From a virus, in the IMG/VR virus record IMGVR_UViG_3300035670_000024: DNA of 64,000 bases; one strand, 5' to 3'. The notes beneath the pieces are model-generated. The model worked only from the letters and a program-made list of their open reading frames with translations. It searched no databases and was not told where the DNA came from. The stretch's first letter is position 1. Each line of letters starts with the position of its first letter. Shown here piece after piece: positions 58,551-64,000 of this stretch. A program made the position numbers and the translations under genes.

Positions 58551-59729
58551 TCAGAATTTAAATCCTCCGAATTTTTGTTTTAGTGATGGTTTTTCATCGT
58601 CATCATAATCATACTCCTCTTCTTTGCCAGAGTCAAGTATGTCCTTTTGAGCACTTTGTTCAACATCATAAAGACGCATTTTTGCTCTATCAATTCCAAC
58701 GACAAATCTTTTATACATCGTCGGATCATTATAACGGTTTTTAAGTTGTTTGACTAGAATCTGTCCCAACTCCTCCAACTCTTCAGTGCTAATAAGGGCA
58801 AACATAAGATCAGCAGTAGCAGGAAGGCCAAAGGATTCACTAGTATCAGTAAGTTCAACATCAGAGCTACCATAACCACTGCGAGTAGTTTGGGTAGCAG
58901 AGACAATGGGAACATTGAATTCCACTGCCAATCCGCGAAGTTCTTCAGCAATTGCCTTGATATATGAATAAGAGTTGATGTTGCTATTTCCTTTATACCT
59001 AGAGGAAGCACAAATATTAAGGTAGTCAATAAAAATAATATCAGGTCTAAATGATTTCTTGAGAGAAAGTTCATTTAAAAGTCCTTTAAAATGTCCAGCA
59101 TGAGCAGAAGCAGTAGGATACTCTTTAATTATTAAAGATCCTTGTGTTTTCTTTGCAATATTATTTACTTTAGTTTCAAATACAGATTTTGGAAGATCTA
59201 TAATATCTTTAATATTTACATTTAAGAGATTTGCGTCAATTCGCTCAGCAATTTTTTCTTCTGCCATTTCCAGCGTAATGTATAAAACATTTTTACCTTG
59301 GAGAAGAACTGATGCTGCTACGTGGCACATAAACAAGGATTTACCTACACCAGTATTATGAGAGGAAACTCTATTAGTGTAATATCTATGATTTGGATGA
59401 TTTACATTAATATCTACAATAGGTATTTGATTTCCTGTTTTAAAGACACTACCAAGTTTATAACCATTTTTTGTTAGAAAATGGTTTGTCTTGTATTTCT
59501 CATAAAGATGAGATGCTTTCATCCACCCAAAAGATGTTTCAAATAAATGATCGGCATTACATCTAATAGGTTCTCCACCATCAACCTTTAAAACATATTC
59601 GTCATACATTCCTTTATTGATAAAGAAATTGACTGGAACATATCCATCAGGAGAATCAACTTCTACCTCATATCCATTATCAAGTAATGTTTTGATTTCG
59701 GCAATTGACGTTTCTTTTTCAATCCACAT
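58551..59729 (-). CDS. gp41: gp41 replicative helicase, C-terminal half, with a 125-aa C-intein at its N-terminus
   Basis: ...VSSHN|TGVGKS; LYITLEM; IDYLNI; SATQTTR; SESFGLPATAD; KNRY. Confidence 0.95.
   Translation of the reverse strand: MWIEKETSIAEIKTLLDNGYEVEVDSPDGYVPVNFFINKGMYDEYVLKVDGGEPIRCNADHLFETSFGWMKASHLYEKYKTNHFLTKNGYKLGSVFKTGNQIPIVDINVNHPNHRYYTNRVSSHNTGVGKSLFMCHVAASVLLQGKNVLYITLEMAEEKIAERIDANLLNVNIKDIIDLPKSVFETKVNNIAKKTQGSLIIKEYPTASAHAGHFKGLLNELSLKKSFRPDIIFIDYLNICASSRYKGNSNINSYSYIKAIAEELRGLAVEFNVPIVSATQTTRSGYGSSDVELTDTSESFGLPATADLMFALISTEELEELGQILVKQLKNRYNDPTMYKRFVVGIDRAKMRLYDVEQSAQKDILDSGKEEEYDYDDDEKPSLKQKFGGFKF
59355..59729 (-). mobile_element. Split intein C-fragment (IntC, 125 aa)
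   Basis: Block B-like CNADH; block F/G IVDINVNHPNHRYYTNRVSSHN followed by Thr+1. Confidence 0.92.
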
Positions 59730-59769
59730 TTTGTATAAATAATAGTATTAGTAGTAGCAGGGACTGGGA

Positions 59770-60438
59770 ATGTTTGACCGTATATATTCTAACCTATGTG
59801 AAGGTAATAAGTCAAGAAGAGAAGATTATAAAAAATATTCAGGACTACACAAACATCATATTGTTCCTAAACATATGGGAGGAACCGATGATGATTGTAA
59901 CCTTACATATTTGAATGTTAGAGAACACATCATAGCACATTATTTACTTTGGAAGATTTATAAAAATCCAAATGACTTAAGATCTATGAAAGTGTTAGGT
60001 GTAAATTTATCACCACAATATAGAAAAATAATAGGGGAGTTTTGTAGAGATAATCAACTTGGTTTCTTTTCAACTCCAATAGAAGAAAGAAAGGATTGGA
60101 TTGTTAAAGGAATAGAAACTCAAAAAGAAGAATATTTAAAAGATAAAGTTAAAAATTTTTATTACTGGAGCACAGAGGAAGGTAGAAAAGAAAGAGCATC
60201 TCTTGGAGGTAAAAAGAGAGCATCCAAAGAATTTAATTATTGGGCATCAGATAAAGGAAGAAAAGAAAGAGCATCTCTTGGAGGGAAGGCACATAAAGGT
60301 AAAAAGGTAATGCACTTGCCAGGAACAAAAGGATGGAAAAGAATACCCCCTGAAGATATTGATACCAAACTAAATGAAGGTTGGAAATTTGGAACTGGAG
60401 AACCGTCACCAAATTCTAAAATTAAAGATAATTACTAA
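59770..60438 (+). mobile_element. HNH homing endonuclease between the split gp41 halves
   Basis: HKHHIVPKHMGG.D...NLTYL..REHIIAHYLLW; tandem YW...GRKERASLGGK repeats; late promoter TATAAATA at 59734..59741. Confidence 0.85.
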
Positions 60439-60442
60439 AAGT

Positions 60443-60853
60443 TTATCTTCCGTGTCTTAATTTTCTATCAACATCACTCATATTGGGTGAAGATCTTTCT
60501 CCGCTTGCCCATTTTGCAAATCTTTCTTCCTTATCTCCTCTATCTCTATTTTCACCTGCAGAAATAGTGGTTCTTTTTCCACCACCTCTTTTAACTACTC
60601 TTGATTTTCCATCCGGAGAAGTACTTCTATCTTCAGGTGTTACTCCAGATGCTCTATCTCCTGATCGTGCAGATAACCAATCTAATGCATCTCTTTTAGG
60701 TGTGTTTCTTTCATAATCAAATCTCTTTATATCTGCTCTTCTTGATAATCTTGCAGATGCTTCTCCTGGTTTTAATCTATGCTTTTTGCGAAGATCATCT
60801 CCTCGTGATTCAAGAATTGCATTTGCTTTTTCTATAAATTGTTTGAAGTTCAT
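60443..60853 (-). CDS. Basic putative internal virion protein inserted inside the fractured gp41 locus
   Basis: MNFKQFIEKANAILES N-terminus; Arg-rich; CTAAATA late-type promoter overlapping the gp41-N stop. Confidence 0.6.
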   Translation of the reverse strand: MNFKQFIEKANAILESRGDDLRKKHRLKPGEASARLSRRADIKRFDYERNTPKRDALDWLSARSGDRASGVTPEDRSTSPDGKSRVVKRGGGKRTTISAGENRDRGDKEERFAKWASGERSSPNMSDVDRKLRHGR

Positions 60854-60881
60854 TAGATAAACTATTTTTCTATATCTTTAT

Positions 60882-61517
60882 TTAGATTTTCAACTTCCTA
60901 AACCTAATTTTAACTTTGGTTTCTGGATGAACGCATCCAGCAAGAGCGATATTAAGAGTTTTGTTAGGGAGACCACCTTTTGTGATTTTGTTAAAGTGTT
61001 CAAGGTCAAATTCAATTTTATCCTCCGATTTGTGATAAGATTCATATCTTTGCTCATAATCAAGCAGGTAATCATGACCTACATGATTATCAAAAGAAAC
61101 TGCTAATGCATCCTGTAAAATTGATGGAATTGCATCTCTAGATTTGGTAGTACTATTACCATCAGCAAGTTGTATTGATTCCATAAGTGCCAAATAAATG
61201 GCACGATCCCTACACCACTTTTCAGTGGTATCAATTAACCAATTTTGCTCACATGGTACATTTTCAAGATGACTGACAAGATGTACCAGTTTTTTAAATT
61301 GATCCTCATTTACATCTGTTCTCTTTTCAATTTCAATACAAAGAACTTCTTTAGTTGGAAGATCATTATATTCAAGTACAAACTGAGAAATTTCTTCAAA
61401 TACAATCTTTTGTTCTAGATCTTCAAAATAATCCTCTTTAATAAAAGGTAAAACTTTCCTTAGGTATTCCTCGTTATGTATTAAATTTCGTAGAATTAAA
61501 AATTCAATTTTTTCCAT
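60882..61517 (-). CDS. gp41: gp41 replicative helicase, N-terminal half, ending in a 17-aa N-intein
   Basis: TEKWCRDRAIYLA; VSFDNHVGHDY; NKITKGGLPNKTLNIALAG|CVHPETKVKIRFRKLKI*. Confidence 0.95.
   Translation of the reverse strand: MEKIEFLILRNLIHNEEYLRKVLPFIKEDYFEDLEQKIVFEEISQFVLEYNDLPTKEVLCIEIEKRTDVNEDQFKKLVHLVSHLENVPCEQNWLIDTTEKWCRDRAIYLALMESIQLADGNSTTKSRDAIPSILQDALAVSFDNHVGHDYLLDYEQRYESYHKSEDKIEFDLEHFNKITKGGLPNKTLNIALAGCVHPETKVKIRFRKLKI
60885..60935 (-). mobile_element. Split intein N-fragment (IntN, 17 aa)
   Basis: Cys1 block A CVHPETKV directly after the Walker A glycine. Confidence 0.9.
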
Positions 61518-62107
61518 TACTTATAGTGAAGGTATGTACTCATAATATACTTTGCTGTTTTTGCTGGAGGATTACCCCTGTGAGGAAATGTCCACATAGG
61601 AGGAAATACTAGCATACTTCCTTGTTTTGGTCTAATAGTCAAATTTTCAAATACAGTTTCACCTCCCTCGTTAACATCATTTAAATACCACATGAAAGAT
61701 AAAAATCTTCTAGAAGAAGCATGATCAATTACATCTACATGAGTATCAAATTGATCTTGCAATTCCGGATTGTATTTTTTAATCCGAAATTGCTCAAAAT
61801 TATGCTCCTGCGGAAAACATCTATCATCAATATATTCATAATATTTTTTCTTATACTCAAAAACTTTAGAAATAAGATAATTATGAACGTTATCTACCTG
61901 TTCATCAATTTTACAATTTTCAGTTAAATTAAATTGAGTGAAATTTGGTCTTTTATCATTTTCAACTCTCTCATGCTTATCTCCATTCTGTTCAAATAGA
62001 TTGATGAGAAAATTACAGACATTCACCTCCAATACATTATCATAGACTTTTATCAAATCATTCAATTCAATTGCCATAAGAAAATTCCTTTCTAGCAATT
62101 TCGTCAA
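61517..62107 (-). CDS. 2OG-Fe(II) oxygenase (prolyl-hydroxylase-like)
   Basis: THVD; [12 protein letters not shown]; FPP.W.FPHRG; KYI. Confidence 0.85.
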   Translation of the reverse strand: MTKLLERNFLMAIELNDLIKVYDNVLEVNVCNFLINLFEQNGDKHERVENDKRPNFTQFNLTENCKIDEQVDNVHNYLISKVFEYKKKYYEYIDDRCFPQEHNFEQFRIKKYNPELQDQFDTHVDVIDHASSRRFLSFMWYLNDVNEGGETVFENLTIRPKQGSMLVFPPMWTFPHRGNPPAKTAKYIMSTYLHYK

Positions 62108-63071
62108 GTTGATGCATTACTTCTTCAGTGAAGTATTCTTCTGGGTTGGCAAGAATTGTTTTAGCATAGATTTTTTTACCATCCATTTCATAACGTCCTG
62201 CAGTGTTTTTCCACATTCCTCCAATTTCTCCAAGTTCCAATAACCCATAATATCTGTCCAGTCCTCTCTCATCATAGTAGAGACGTACTTCCACATCTTT
62301 GTTCTCCTTACTTAAACGTGATTTAGCAGTCTTTGCCTTGATAATATTTCCAACGACTTCCGTTCCATCCTTTTCCTTCTTCTTACTAAGATAAATGATA
62401 GTAGAAGCGGCATACTTAAGACCACTACCACCACCCATTTCCTTAGTAGGAACATAAGCACCGATAACATCATAAGTGTGATTAGTTACAATCATAGGAA
62501 TGTTTGCTTGACCCAATTTAAGAGTAAGCATACGGAAGGCACCTTTAACAAGTTGGGATTTAGTCATATCACGAACTTGCTTGTCATTAAGTGCATCAGT
62601 GATTTCTTTCTCAGTTGAAAGCATACCCAAAGAGTCTAGCACAAACATACAAGGTTTGCGGTCTTCTACGGGTTTCTTAAGGTATATATCTACTGCCTTA
62701 AGTGCCTTTCCACGAAACTCTTCTACTGTTACGACATTTACAACTACAAGACGTGAAGTATCAATACCACGACTTTCTAATAATGACTTGGTAATTGCTG
62801 CCTCAGTATCAAAGTATAGACAATATCCATCGGGATTATTATCAAGAAAATTCTTAACCACAGCAAGACTGAAAAAAGTTTTTCCTGTGGAGGATTCGCC
62901 AGCAATTGCAGTGATTTTATTACCAGAAACCCCACCAAAAATACTACCACTAACAAGGGCATTAAAAATGTAAGAACCTGTGTCAACAAACTGTTCAGTT
63001 TCATCTATCTCAGCAGCGAGTTGTGTGTATTCTCCACCAATTTCTTTTACAATATCTTTTAAGAAGTCCAT
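62067..63071 (-). CDS. uvsX: RecA-like recombinase UvsX
   Basis: AGESSTGKT; YFDTE; LDSLGML; MGGGSGLKY. Confidence 0.95.
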   Translation of the reverse strand: MDFLKDIVKEIGGEYTQLAAEIDETEQFVDTGSYIFNALVSGSIFGGVSGNKITAIAGESSTGKTFFSLAVVKNFLDNNPDGYCLYFDTEAAITKSLLESRGIDTSRLVVVNVVTVEEFRGKALKAVDIYLKKPVEDRKPCMFVLDSLGMLSTEKEITDALNDKQVRDMTKSQLVKGAFRMLTLKLGQANIPMIVTNHTYDVIGAYVPTKEMGGGSGLKYAASTIIYLSKKKEKDGTEVVGNIIKAKTAKSRLSKENKDVEVRLYYDERGLDRYYGLLELGEIGGMWKNTAGRYEMDGKKIYAKTILANPEEYFTEEVMHQLDEIARKEFSYGN

Positions 63072-63199
63072 ACTGTTTTTTTATCCTTTTGTAATTTATC
63101 AAATTTATAGATCCATAATTTATCATAAAGTTGTTTATCAGTATGCTGTAACAACTTCATAATAGTGTCCAGATCTTTTTCTGTGATTGGTAAGTCCAT
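63059..63199 (-). CDS. Small hypothetical protein (46 aa)
   Basis: [14 protein letters not shown]... fills the gp43-uvsX gap. Confidence 0.45.
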   Translation of the reverse strand: MDLPITEKDLDTIMKLLQHTDKQLYDKLWIYKFDKLQKDKKTVWTS

Positions 63200-63206
63200 A
63201 ATAGCA

Positions 63207-64000
63207 CTATGAAAAGAAAGAATCAAGGGTTACTTTTTTCTCAGAATCCCATCCAATTGCATTGAGAATTGTTTTGAGTGGTTCAAAGAACCCCTTATCA
63301 AACTGAGTATCATAATCAATGTATGAATTTAATCCCAGTTCTTTTGGAAAATCTTGAATAAAAGAAATTACATTCTCATAAATTGGATTAGGTTTTTTGA
63401 GATAACAATATTTAATTTTTTCACCATTTTGTATTAAGGAATATTTTTTTGTAAGTTTCTTTTCCTTGACATAATGATTGAATAATAATGCACCACGAAC
63501 ATGAATAGGTGTTCCTTTGCTATAAATTGAAGAGGAAGAATAATGCTTCACTACATCAGAAACCGAACGAGGGAATGATATTTCTTCTGGAGAAAGTTTA
63601 TAAAAATCTTTCCTACACTGTTCAATGAAACTAATTACATCATCTTCAGTTCCGCTCATCATCAACTTAAGAGCATCTTTAATCATTTTACGGCAAGGTG
63701 CTGGTGTTGAAGATTTAACTGCTTCAATACCCATGATTTTAAGTTTTGGTTCAGCATAACGAACTCCTTCACTATCCCAAACATTCATAATATAACGCTT
63801 CTTAGCAGTCCAAATTCCACGGTCGGCAATATTCTCCCGCTTCATTTGCATCTTCTGCTCATAAGCATTCATGTATTCCGCCAATTCTTGGTAGCAACTT
63901 TCAATATATTTTTCAAGTTCCACCTTACAGATCTTATCAAGGAAATTGACAACGCTTTCAGTAGTTTTTTCTCTTCCTTTGAATATAGTTTCAACCAAAG
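63207..64000 (-). CDS. gp43: DNA polymerase gp43 (family B), 3' part
   Basis: MKRE.IA; AKKRY; KIMGIEAVKSSTP; GTPIHVRG; frame open to the window edge. Confidence 0.95.
   Translation of the reverse strand, partial: LVETIFKGREKTTESVVNFLDKICKVELEKYIESCYQELAEYMNAYEQKMQMKRENIADRGIWTAKKRYIMNVWDSEGVRYAEPKLKIMGIEAVKSSTPAPCRKMIKDALKLMMSGTEDDVISFIEQCRKDFYKLSPEEISFPRSVSDVVKHYSSSSIYSKGTPIHVRGALLFNHYVKEKKLTKKYSLIQNGEKIKYCYLKKPNPIYENVISFIQDFPKELGLNSYIDYDTQFDKGFFEPLKTILNAIGWDSEKKVTLDSFFS

Noticed and set aside
63059-63199. Possible frameshift in the small ORF before uvsX
   Set aside because: Re-reading shows a continuous 46-aa frame.

Overview
A 64-kb segment of a T4-like cyanomyovirus genome (AT-rich, probably infecting a freshwater picocyanobacterium). 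Most genes are on the minus strand. Left to right it holds: (1) a baseplate/tail module (two large tape-measure-like proteins, gp51, gp26, gp54-like, gp4, gp48, gp53); (2) replication and auxiliary genes (gp32, gp59, gp33, exonuclease, phoH, thyX, speD, glutaredoxin); (3) a photosynthesis island (psbD, psbA split by a 258-nt group I intron, two hli genes, two free-standing endonuclease-like genes); (4) a lysis pair (C39-like peptidase and GH24 lysozyme); (5) a cyanobacterial porin and an 11-gene glycosylation cluster; (6) six tRNAs and several structured RNAs; (7) nrdB, nrdA, primase, virion proteins, mazG, gp41 helicase, uvsX and the 3' end of gp43. Most notable: gp41 is fractured in its Walker A motif by an atypically split intein (17-aa IntN, 125-aa IntC), with an HNH endonuclease and a late virion-type gene between the halves. 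A classic A_AAA_AAG slippery site would fuse the peptidase and lysozyme by -1 frameshifting. A nitrogen-sensing cassette (NtcA box, sigma70 promoter, glutamine riboswitch) drives two unannotated peptides. An unnamed ~200-nt structured RNA heads the tRNA cluster. All family assignments come from motif recognition by eye; no database searches were run.
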